A DNA stretch of 64,000 nucleotides from Camelus dromedarius (Eukaryota): positions 1,054,001 to 1,118,000 of the forward strand of contig NC_087437.1 of assembly GCF_036321535.1 (NCBI RefSeq), read 5' to 3'. The notes under the pieces are model-generated. The model did no database searches, was not told where the DNA came from, and saw only the letters and a program-made list of their open reading frames with translations. How positions within the stretch are numbered: the first letter of the stretch is position 1; each line of letters opens with the position of its first letter. A program made the translations under genes and the position numbers. Below, piece by piece: positions 52,937 to 64,000 of the stretch.

Positions 52937-54316
52937 ATCAGGCTACCTCCCACTTGCAGAGGGAGAAGGAACACTTTTTCTGAGTTTTCATTCACTGAGC
53001 GTGAGAACAAAGTCTCTTAGGCAGACTTTCACCAGCCTTCGTGCATGTTGTTTTTAATTGGATTTCTGCTTTTTGGCCATAGATATAGTATCCTAATAGA
53101 AGAGAGAAAGTGAAGACATAGACATTCTGCTGAGATATTGGTGTCATCATATTTGAGTTGGAAATGGCTTAAGACAGCATAGAGTCATAAATTTTTATGG
53201 GTGAGAATCCATGATGGTGTAACTTGGACAAGAACCTGGGTCTTCTGCCATCTTGTCCATGTGGGTGAAGAGGCAACTGGGTGGGGGATGGCAGGGATCT
53301 TTCTTGCTTGAGTTCCATGGTCTTGCTAGTTTTCATTGCTCAGCTGCCTTTAGTTTATGTCCAGGAGGCCTCTCATGGGAAGGTCACTCTGTCCTGATAG
53401 ATTGTTTCTTATCAGCAAAAAGCTCTGGACCCACTCATATTTCCCAGAGTTTTCTGCTGACCTGCTGACACTTTATATAAATGAGACCTAAGAAACTACT
53501 GAATATAAAATGCTTATTGTTATCATTTGCCCTCGAGTTCCATAGGAATGGGGTGCTGTCTCAGGCTGTCTAAAGCTAGATCTGAACAAAGATAGGGTGA
53601 TAGGCTGTGCTGCTGGACCTCCACAGTCGAAGGGGATTTCCACCTTAGTTTTTAGAATCAGGCAGATGAGTTCAAATATTGCCTTTACCAGTAATTATCT
53701 TTGTGACTTGGGGGAGAAACTACTTTTTTGTGTCCAATTTTCTTTGTAAATAAGTTCAGTATTTATTTTAAGGTTTCTGTTTTAGAATTGAAAGAGCTAA
53801 TTCCCTCATTTATACCTAAAATAGTGATCGCGTGGTTCTACGCTGGTGCCTTGGAGGTTGATTACTCTGGGACTCGGCAGTGAGAATGGGGGTGGTGGAC
53901 CCCTGGATAATAGAGCTTATATTCCAGAATATGCTTGTAAAAGACTGGATGTGCAGTGGATTTTTAGTAAATATCCACTCCTTTCCTACTCTGCTTTGAT
54001 TGTGTATATATCTTTATACTAATATATGAACAATTTTTATTGCAATTTAAATATCTTTGTAGTATTTACAATATGTAGCTATAAAAAATAGGTGAAATAA
54101 AATGATTTGACTTTTATTTTCTTTTCAATAATCAAAACAAAATAAAATAGAAAAGAACAAAGTTTTGAAGGAGAAGAAATAATTTTATTTCCATGGAATC
54201 AATTCCGTATAATAGGTTTTTTGGTCGTGTTGTTAAACAGCATATAAAATTGATTGGTTGTGACATACTGGAAATGAGGAAACAGTGGAGACATACTACC
54301 TCTAATGCAGTCATTT

Positions 54317-54852
54317 ATTTACCAAGTCCAAACTCGTTCTGCTTGCTGCATGACAGGCCAATAAATCGGGAGATGAGCTTTTGGAGTAAGGAATAGTGAC
54401 TTTATTTGAAAAGCTGGCAGACTCAGAAGATGGCATACTGATATCCAGGAGAACTCTCTTCCCCAAGTCAGAATTCAGTCTCCTTTTATACTAAAAAGTG
54501 GTGGGGGTGTGGTTGGTTGTTGCAAACTTCTTGCTGTATGAATTGATTTCCTTGGAATCCTTTGTTCTTGCAGCTGTCCATGTGGGTCAAATCATGGCAC
54601 CCCTGTAAAACCTCAAAAAAACAAAGTTTATTCTTTATTTTGCAACTTGCCATCTCTACATAAGTGTAGAAGAGCTAACATCCTTAAAGATCAGAGCCCG
54701 CAGAATAGGCCCTCCTGGATATTTCAGGCTAAAGGCAACTTTCTTTTACAAAAGGTGCAGAGATAACAAGTCTTAGCCTAGAAAACAGGGTACAGGCTTA
54801 AAGACAAACGAACACATCTAACATGGAGTCAAATTTGTTCTTTTCTATTACA
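54317..54852 (-). mobile_element. ERV1 solo LTR (paralogue of 275-816)
   Basis: Same insertion site, TSD attt/attt, minus-strand AATAAA at 54406-54401. Confidence 0.85.
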
Positions 54853-55072
54853 ATTTCTTTTTCCACCTCATAGATAATTTTAGTAAGAAACATGAGCAAT
54901 TTTTTTACTTTTGCTTCTTAATAACGGATAAGTGGCCCAACTAAAGTTTTGTGAACAGGGATGCTGTGCGGGCATAGGGGTCACAGCAAATTCTTGTTGG
55001 GGGTGGTCGACCCTGCAACATGTCTGATGCCCTGTGAGTGTTGGTGAGAGTCCCCCTAACCAGGGGCTCTCT

Positions 55073-56400
55073 TCAGGAACCACCATGTGGGCATTGACCT
55101 CTGGAGACTTCTTTTTCAGCTGTAGGAAATTTTTTTAGATGCTGTGATGAAAAAATCACTCCAGCTGGGGATAATCAGGGACTAAAGGAAGGGGAAAGGG
55201 CTTGGAGTAGTGTAGAAGAGAAGGACAGAAGATCAGGGAGCCTGGGGGCTTGGGGGCGGGGCCTCGGGGGAGAGAGTAGCAGAGGTGGGGAGGGGCCCGG
55301 CTCCAGAACTAGCTCCTGCACCTTTCCCTGCACCCAAGCCTCACAGCTTTTAATTGGGCCCAAGACTCTTTCCTGTCTGGATGTCACCCTGGGCAGAACG
55401 TTGAGAATTGAAGGTAAGGGGTGGGCAGCACTCACCTAGGGGGTCACTGAGGACTTTGGTCAAGTCCACAGTGCCTTTTCTAGTCATGTGTCTTCACCTG
55501 TTCTTTATCTCAGGATCTGAGAAGCAGGAGCAAGGAACTCAGGGAGAGATCCAGGAAGACATCTGACTCTGTTAAGAGACGACAGTCACAGCGACACGGG
55601 GAGCGAGGACACTTGCAGCAAAGTAAAATGACTTCACAACTATTGCATCAGAGCTGCAGGTGTGAGAGAGCCTAAGCCTGTCTCAGAGTGCAGGGGACAA
55701 GAGGAAAGGAATGGTAAAATTAACACTGACAATTGAAATTTTGTTAAATAGCCTGCTAATATTAATTGTATCAAATGAATGTATGCAGGTGTATTTCTAT
55801 GATCATTTATAGTTACACACAACCCCACCAGCCCCTCTTTCTCCCATCGGGGATGGGCTTTCTCAAGCACAGTGCCCCTCCTGGTTGAGTGGGCCACGCT
55901 GCGGGTCCTCGCCTGGGGCCAGGCTGCTGCAGGACACTGAGTCCCCGAGGCACGGCCTGGGAGAAATGACAGGAACATCTCTGCTCATAACTGAGAGCCT
56001 CCATTTCCCCCTGCAGTGTAAGAATGCCGGTGACTCAGTTAGAAGCATGCATCCAACCCGTCCTTCCGTGTCATCACCATCTAGAATCGGTGCCTGAATC
56101 TTCTGAATTTCTCCAGAATGTGGTTTAAAATCACCTTCGACAATTGAGTGTGTGTCCTCTTACAAGTGGAGGAATTGCTGCCGTTTCCCTGGAACTTACT
56201 CACCACTAGTCCATCTGATTTTTCTGTGCTAGGATTCAGTATGGCATGCTAAAAATTCTGCAGTCAGATCTTGAAACACTGATGAAGAGGATTATTTATT
56301 TTATTTCTTTATATGATAGTGTTTTACTTTCAAAATTCAGAGTTTTCGGTTCTTTCAAAAAATTTTTGGGGGGTTGGAGAAACAACATTGCTCTTACCAT
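55073..56400 (-). other. Candidate spliced antisense gene model, copy 2; product unknown
   Basis: Exons: ATG|gtaaga (56400-56398), 56248-56204, 56010-55878, 55516-55436, 55119-55073, with the same lengths as copy 1 (45, 133, 81, 47 nt). It reads [101 protein letters not shown]. The exon-3 donor is gg here. Confidence 0.38.
56017..56143 (+). pseudogene. TRAPPC9: TRAPPC9 pseudo-exon (paralogue of 1980-2103), heavily degraded
   Basis: Acceptor intact. It has the same 2-nt deletion as copy 1 plus extra indels, in-frame TAG and TAA, and a donor changed to ttgagt. Confidence 0.9.
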
Positions 56401-59387
56401 CTCTGTGACCTGTTGCTTTGTGCCTCTCACCTGTCTTCTGTCACTTGTGAGGTGGTTCCATTTGTGACCCTGTCAGGGTTGTTCATGTTATAAAACATAT
56501 AGTCTGTTAAAGTACAGTCCCTTTTACTCCGAAGACATTCCACAAATACTCCTTAAATCTGGGTGTGGTTTTAAGAAGACAGAATCATTAGAACATGTAC
56601 TTGCAGGTTGCTAGTGCAAAATCCCCAAATCAATAGTCTAGCTCAACATCTAAAATCTTTCTAATCTACCTTGGGTTTGTATGGATAAGTGAAGCAGTTT
56701 GCTAAGAACTCAAGACCAGGGTTAGAATACAGGCTGGTGTAGCTCAGCAGGTCCTCCCAAGCTGATGCTCTGCCAGAGGGAGGGGCCGAGGGGAGAGGGC
56801 GTGTCCTGCCCTCCCTGAGCTGACAATTTGATGGCAAAGATCTTTACCAGGTGAAGAACTGGGAGTTTCTTCTAAGAAGAGTGGGTTTGAAAAGAGTCCT
56901 AAAACCGCGGGAGTGACACAATCCCTTTTGTCTCAAGTACGTGAGAGCGGCTGTGGGGACACTTGGGAGACTCGTGAGTCCAGGTGTGCAGTGTTGGTGG
57001 CTTCCACTTGAGCGGTGGGACGGTCAGTGGGTAAAAGCGAACAGATTGAAGGCATGTTTAGATGGTAAAAATGAAAGGATGAATGCTGTCTGTGAAGGTA
57101 GGATGGAGGAAGGCCCAGGTTTCTGGGTGGATTAATGAGGTAAGTGATGGTCCTGCTGTGCTCTGAGGAGGGAAAGCTGCAGAGGGAGCTCTGGGGGAAA
57201 ACTGATGAATTCAGCTGTGGGTGAAGTGAAAGGCTGTTAGATATGTGGACTGGGAGATCTGGTGAGAGCAGGTACTGAGTAGGAGGAGGGGAGAGAGACC
57301 TTCAAATCATTTTGTCTTGTGAACATACAAATAAGTATGAGTAATGACACACAACACCTCTATATTCTGGATTAAAACCCAGTAACATTTTTCTATATTG
57401 ACTGCAGAGGTTCTTAATTATTTTTTAATAGAAATAAAAAAAATAGAAACAAAATAGTGAAGTTAATGAACATCTTAGAGTTGATGTGTGTCCTTGTATG
57501 TATTTTGATACCTCATCTGTTTATAACCATAATCTACAAAAAGTTAGCTTGTTTAGCATAAGAGTTAAACAGAGGGACGTGAAACACACTGTTGGGGGTT
57601 GAGGCTGATCACCTTGGGCAAACTATGTCCCCTCTCTGTCCCTTAGTTGCTTCTTCTGTGACTGCCTCCAGGCCCCTCATCACAGCTCATTTCCTAGACT
57701 AGATGTTGGGAGGGAGGCTGCTGAAGTGGCTAAGAAGTGGTAACTGCTTGGGATACTGAAGAGAGAGACAAAAACAGATTAAAGCCGAGAAACTGAGTAC
57801 AAATACCCTCAAAAAAGGAAAAAAAAATCACACAGTGTGTTGAGCCACTTAGCGTAAGGGAAACAAAATCACGTGGACCCAATTTTCTTGAGCATATGAG
57901 TATAGTGGGTGGAAGGGTGTCATCAGAAAAGTGTTGAGAAAAGGCCTTTTGGTTTCCCTTGACGTTTGCAGTAAGGATGGGAGCTGAAGCGAAAACCCAC
58001 TGTTCACTGTGGAAGGTGCTCTTTTTTGCAAAACTGACCAAAGGTTGGAGACAAGTCATCAGCGGTGCCGGCAAATGAAGAGACTTCTGGATTGGGTGGG
58101 GCACTTGCTGTGACTTCCAGGTAGCCTGCTGGCTGGGGGCTGTGAGGTGGGCAGTAGGTTTGCAGGGTGACCCGGGCATAATTCCTGGCTCTGAGGCTGC
58201 TGGTCTGACTAGCAGACCTGAGCACCCACAGACCTAATGGGGCAGCTCAGGATGTGGCCTGGGACACCTGCCATTCTGAGGGCAAGAAGAGGGCTCCCCT
58301 GAGGGGGTGTCCCTGCGGAGAGTGGAAAAGTCCTCCTGCAGGGGAAGAAGTGCCTCTGAGCATGGGGAAGGATGCACAGGCAAGACCAGCCTGAGCATGG
58401 AGGTTTTGGGAAGCCGGAAGTCATAAAGTGGCCCAAGCAGCCTTGTTCCTGCGAGATTGGAAGGAAAAGATGCTGAAAAGGCAGGCTAGGGTCAGACCGT
58501 GTTGTGGGTTATGAGTGACAGTAAAGGACTGGTCAGGCAGGCACGAGATAACCCTGTGGGCGTCCCAGCTGGGGCATCACGCCAGAGGGAGGAGCAGAGG
58601 TATGGACTTTGCCACTTATTAGCTGTGTGACTTTGAGCAATATCACCCCACCCCTCTCTATATATATCTTCATCTGTAAAGTGACACAGCTCGTGTCATC
58701 AGAAGGCTTAGTTTAGCTCTGATCCTTTTGTCCAGTCCTGTCAGTGCTGCCCTGCAAGGTTCTGCAGCAGCTGCTCTTACCCTGAGAAGGGAGGGCGTAG
58801 AGGGACATTGTAGTGCCCAAGGGCAGGAAGGGGTTGCTTTAAAAGCAGACATGTAGCCGCCTGCAGCTGCAGGCCTGCAGGCAGTTTGGTTGATGGTCCT
58901 GGAGAGGACTTTGGAGGCCATAGCATCATCTTAAAACTTGTTTTCCCTTGGGGACCGGATTTGCCTTTGCAGATTAATGTTGAAGATTTGGGCTTCTGGC
59001 AAAGCTGTTTTCAGAGATGAGTATATACATAACATATAGTATAAAATAAAATGCTTTTATTTAATCTGTGGGACTTTGTAGCTGTTTGGAGCAGTTCTGT
59101 TGGCCTGGTCTCCACGGAGGACACTAGGGGTCAGCAGAGCGTGCGGGAGGGCAGGCCGACCGCTGTGCTTCTGCGGGGGTTTCTCCCCAGCATGGAGCTC
59201 TGTTAAGTTGAATCTTCTCTGAGTTTGGTTGCCAAGCGTGCAGACAGCAAATTAATGAGTTCTGGTGGGATTGTATAATGACAGGAAGAAAGAGGAAACC
59301 GTAGTTTTTCGGGACTAGAACATGCTTTTGGTTCCTGATTCAGTGTGTTCCATTACAGAATTGATGAGTTGTGTCTATTCTGGGACT

Positions 59388-59874
59388 TCATTGAAATAAT
59401 CGTTCAGCCTAAAATTTAAGAGTTATGTTTTATTTGGCGGGAGGGCTCGAGCCTGGATGACAGCCTCTCAGATCTCTGAGGGACTGCTCCCAAGAGGTAG
59501 GGGAGGAGCTTGGATAAATAGGAGCTTTACAACAAAGACCAGGTACTTGGAACAATAAAAGATTGCTTGTTATCTAAAGAAAGCCAGGTATCTCAAGTTC
59601 AAGTATTTAGTGCTTTTCTATGTATGGGATGAAGCAAATATATGGGTTATTGAATTCATTCCTTTGGCAAGCACCTAGCTATCTAGGGACAGTATCCTGT
59701 CCTTTCTTATTCTGAGTCTGCTCAGAGGGCACCACTGTGAGTGGCTGAAAGGCTGGGTTTCAGGCATATCCTCGCTGGGGTGTGGCAGCAGCTGCTGAGG
59801 GCTTGGTCTCAGCATTCTTTGTTTACTGACATGGTTGCAGTATTTTCACTCACATTGTAGTATTTTCATTCACA
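59388..59874 (-). mobile_element. ERV1 3' LTR (paralogue of solo LTR 5401-5882)
   Basis: Same left flank and gact TSD half (59384-59387). The right side continues into a polypurine tract instead of the second gact. Confidence 0.9.
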
Positions 59875-62800
59875 GTGCTCCCTCTTGGTCCTAAATTCGA
59901 CCTATATTTTGAGAGACATTTCATGACCAATTTTGTCCCACGGTGCTAGGATGGCTCATTCCTATTTCAGGTGAAGAATTTTCTGAGCTGCCATTCAAGG
60001 TGTTAGGTTTTTTTTCAGGGCCTGTTGATACTAAAAGTTTTCTGGATCGCCTGTCTTACTAGTCTATTATGATCCAGGAAATGTTTGCCCTTCGTTGCTC
60101 ATTACCATACCTAGAATCACACTATTACATTTATTTTATGCAGGGTTAAAAATTTTATCTATTTCTTCAGGATGTTTAGCCATCATCAATCTTGTAGGCC
60201 TAGTTACACGTTGGGAAATGTAACAGACAACAATTTAATAAAATAGAGATCATATAACTAATATAGCTAGTAACGTTTTAAAGTCACGAGTAAGAATTTA
60301 ATAGTAGAGAAGTTGTATATTTGGGTTAAAATTTTGCTTGTATTTCTGATTGAGTTTGAGTGATCTTATGAGAAAGTTCATATTTATGGTCAGGCTCCGA
60401 GCAGGTATTAATTGGCCAGGTGAGTTCTCCCACGTTGTAAGATCAACAGTGGCCTAAACAGAACTATAAATTATTTTTAGAATAACGTTTCTGAGGGCTA
60501 TCTAGTTAGAGCCTTGGAGTAGGGAAACCCACCAAGGTAACACAGAAGTACTAGACATAGGTAATTTACCATAAACTTAACACTTGGAGTAGTTCATAAT
60601 CAAAGGTAGGAGAAATTGTCAAAGTAATTGGTATACAAGCCTGGTCCGTTGTCTTGGGTCAGCTGTCGAGCTCAGATGTCGTCTTCTTCTCATCCTGGCC
60701 TGGTAGCTTTTTCACCATTTTGGCATTGTTTTCAGGTGAGCAAGTGCTCTATAGGCCAGTGAACTGAAGGGGCTGTTTCTGATAGGAAATGAATCCGAAA
60801 TTCCGTTTCCTTCAGCTTTTGTGTGTATGGTCTAGTTAAGAGTACTTGATAAAAGGTCTTTCCATTCAGGTTGGAGACAGTTCTTTAAGTCATGCATGTT
60901 CCAGTATGTATAATCCCCTGGCTTAGGTCATGGAGCATTGGAAATTTACACAAGGATAGATTACTGAGCTTCGGAAACAAACCTAGAGTATCCTTTTCAT
61001 AATTAAATTAAACTGTACAGCAATATGACATAAAAGCAAGGAATGATCTGGGAAGTGTCTTAGTAAATATAGACCTCAATTAACAAAACTAGAACTTAAT
61101 ATCCAGTAAAATATAATATTTTTTCTCTCTAAAATTACCCTCATTTTTCTCAAATAAAGCCAAATCAAGATTAATTTCTTTACAAGTCAAGTCTGATTAT
61201 TTGATCATATAGGCTTTTTTAAATTGGCTGTGTTGGAACTTTTAATAAGGAGTCTCAGGGTAGAATGTTAATAAGATTTGCTAAGGCCTGGAAAGCCACG
61301 TCAATGGCTTGTCATTGATTTCTGCCTTACAGATTTAGGTAATTTCTTTTCTCTTTAAAATTCTTAAAATACCTTTAGATTCTTATATCTGTTAGGAGAT
61401 GATCTTCCTCATTTGTCTGATTGAGCCATTGGGGACCTAAGAGTTTTTAGTCTCTTGAAGGATCAGATAGGGAGAAAAGATAACTGTATCAAGTCTGCTT
61501 ACATAGGTATAATTTATCAAATTTCTGTGATTTATAACTAGCTTAAAAGGAAGAGTTTATGTCTGGGAAACAGGTTAAAAGCCAGTAGTAGTTCAAACAA
61601 CATCAAAAATTATAACCATATTCATCAGTTTACTTAGTCCCACATAACTAATTCTTTTAATCAGAGTTTTCATTAGATATTTAAAATTTCTTACCCAGTT
61701 TAGTTCAGTGCTATAGTTTGACATTTATTAGAAATCAGTAAATCTCCTTGAAGAGAAAGCATTTTCAAAATCATTAGATGAAAACAATTAAAAGTCTATA
61801 AAAGACAAAGATTTAAAAGCATGCTTAAACACCGTTATAGTATAATCGATAAAGAAACCTGGTCACTATACCCAGAATTATCACTGGTAACATTTCAGAT
61901 ATACCAGAATTTTAGGGAGACCATATAATTATTAGAATATCTATATTAATAATATTTTCTCATACAATATAACCTTAGAAGATTTATTATTCATTTGACA
62001 ATATCATGTTATTTAACATGCCAATTGAAACTTACTGTTTTAAAATCTCTCTTTGGGATGTTTCAGGGGCCATCTGTAACTTCCCAAACTTAACTGGAGA
62101 TTAAAAGAACTTTAATTAGAAATTGATATCTGGGGATCTTTTTAAAAGATTTCAGAACACTTGGTCAGATAAACATATAGGTCACTGTAAAGCAGTACTT
62201 ATTCATTAACAAGAAAATACGTCAAAGGTAAAGGCAGAACAGATCAGTTAAGTGGTATAAGAAGGTTTACAATCTGTTGCTGAAGGTGGATTAACATTTC
62301 AAAAAACATGTTTCCTCTTAACAGCGAGAAAACCAAATCTAGTCTTGTACCAACTTACTTCTAAGATTCATTTACTTTGCCCAAGTTGATTCTAAATTTA
62401 GCCAATTCCGACAACGTACGAAACTCTTTCCTTAGGGTACCTCTTCCACAAGCCTTCCACAGCTTTCTATTCTCATATTAGTGTGTCCCTTATTTTCTGT
62501 TCCATTCAGAAATAACCAGCTTCAGGACAAAGTCACCATTTTTCATTAACAAAATATAATTCCATTCTTATATCTTCCTTTACACATTTATCTTACTTTC
62601 CTAGGATACTTAGATCATTCCCTTAAAAATAGAGTCTATTTCAGGGTGGCACCAACCATTTATTAATATATCTAAACACCTTTAGTTTCTCTGTAAGAGT
62701 AAGTTAAATGTTAAGTAATTCATATTTCAATCTTATTTTATCTGAAAATGGCATAGCTATTAAATAAAATCCTATCATTTAACTTAATTTAGCACAACTC

Positions 62801-64000
62801 TAGAATTTAAAGATACCAAACATTTAGAGATTATGTTAAGCATACATTTTAAAAATATATTTTAAAAATTTACCCAAAGCTCTCATCTCATTTGCATTTA
62901 ATTTACTTAAAATTTTACCACACCACATTACTGTTATTTTTTTCTTGACAAATCTTCACCAGATATAACAGAATCTTATTTGACTTTCATTAAACCTAGG
63001 TACAGTAAAGGTATTATACTTAATATTGATGACTTTAAAGATGTCTATATTAATTAGAACATACTTAAACTAAACAATATCAAATATTATCTTAATATTG
63101 AATTTTTCCAGTTCACGTGATGCTGAAAGTCAAATTGTTCAGTTTTTATTTTAAAAATACTTAATTTGTAAGCTCTTATTTTTTACGTCAATTAAGCAGA
63201 GCTCTTTGACTTTGATTTTTTTTTTTTAGCTGTATAAATATCTCACATCTGTAATGTGTACGCAGGTTTATAAACAGACAAAAGCTAGAGATCTCATAGC
63301 TTCACTTTAAAAGTTACTTATAAGATAGGTATAATAATAGTTCTAGTAAGCTGAATTTGCTTGCTCAAATCACTAAGGCTTACTATTTATGAAACAGATA
63401 TTTAAGATTTCTTGACAAAGTCTGAAGGACCCGTCAGAGTTCTGAGTTCTAAAATGCCAAAAATTTCTTGGCCCTAAGTTTTATCTCATTGAGCTAATTA
63501 GGCTCAGTCCTAGGTCACTGTTTCTGTATTTACATTTCTGGTCTGCAAGACAAAGACACACGCTTCCAGTTCCCCAGAGAACTGCTCTGTCACCCAGAAC
63601 CAATTGTATCTCCTTAATTGGCATTTTTTTATCAATCAGGAGAGCTGTAAACAAAGAATTCAATGTTTTAAAACTTTAAGGTTTACTTTATCATGTCTTC
63701 CAAAGCTTGCATAAGGTATTTAGTGATGTCTTTTTTCCTTGAGTTATAAGTTAAACCCAGGGTAAACCTCTTATTATATTTTTTTTATTAGCCACTGTAT
63801 ATTAGTTTTTAGTTCTACGTTATATTGGATGGCTCATGTAACTCTATTGGTTTCCTTTACTTTGTTCAATTAATATTTTCTGAGGGACAGATATGTGCCC
63901 AGCCTTATAATACCAAGAAGGGGAAGCGTTTTTCCATTGAAACAGATCTATCCCACAACATAATTAAGCAAAAGGTTTATATAAAGACCATTTAAATATA
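59875..64000 (-). mobile_element. ERV1 internal region (degenerate, AT-rich, probably non-autonomous); runs off the window
   Basis: Minus-strand PPT-like ccaagagggagcac abuts the LTR. Env-like remnant C*VYGKLPMSSTSVLPWWVSLLQG (~60582-60511). Integrase C-terminal remnant PGDYTYW...LKNCLQPEWK...YQVLLT...KLKE (~60925-60790). No long ORFs. Confidence 0.8.

Larger units (their letters stand above)
19355..56143 (+). pseudogene. TRAPPC9: Unprocessed, 3'-truncated TRAPPC9 (trafficking protein particle complex 9/NIBP) pseudogene
   Basis: Five recognisable coding exons in the correct order and orientation with intron-sized spacing and splice signals. Multiple stops and frameshifts; no later TRAPPC9 exons seen. 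Confidence 0.92.
54136..59874 (+). repeat. Segmental/tandem duplication, copy 2 (paralogous to 1-5882)
   Basis: Colinear with copy 1; lacks ~95 bp present at ~125-220 in copy 1. Confidence 0.97.

Noticed and set aside
24216..56143. Functional TRAPPC9 gene
   Set aside because: Stop at codon 37, several frameshifts, further stops in later exons, one exon not found and no downstream exons.
54136..59874. Assembly artefact (haplotype false duplication)
   Set aside because: Divergence and indels far exceed allelic variation, and the ERV state differs between copies.

Overview
Mammalian genomic DNA, most likely camelid (several tRNA-Ala-derived SINEs of vic-1 type; L1, L2, MIR, MER2, MER33 and ERV1 LTRs). 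I see no intact known protein-coding gene. The window holds about 1.1 units of a tandem segmental duplication with a period of about 54.1 kb: 1-5882 recurs, diverged, at 54136-59874. The unit carries an unprocessed, 3'-truncated TRAPPC9 (NIBP) pseudogene on the + strand: a CpG-island promoter (~19.4-20.1 kb), coding exons at 24.2, 33.0, 41.2 (27-nt microexon), 49.2 and 56.0 kb, and the previous unit's last exon at 1980-2103. All exons except the microexon carry stops or frameshifts, and one frameshift is shared by both units, so TRAPPC9 was probably dead before amplification. Antisense to that last exon, both units contain the same set of minus-strand splice signals. These define a phase-compatible 5-exon model (~102 codons) of no family I recognise, ending just before an LTR poly(A) signal. 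This is the most interesting candidate, but it is a hypothesis. At one orthologous insertion site, unit 1 has a solo LTR and unit 2 keeps the proviral body with integrase and env remnants. TRAPPC9 and repeat-family calls come from recalled sequences, not database searches, and repeat boundaries are approximate unless TSDs are given.
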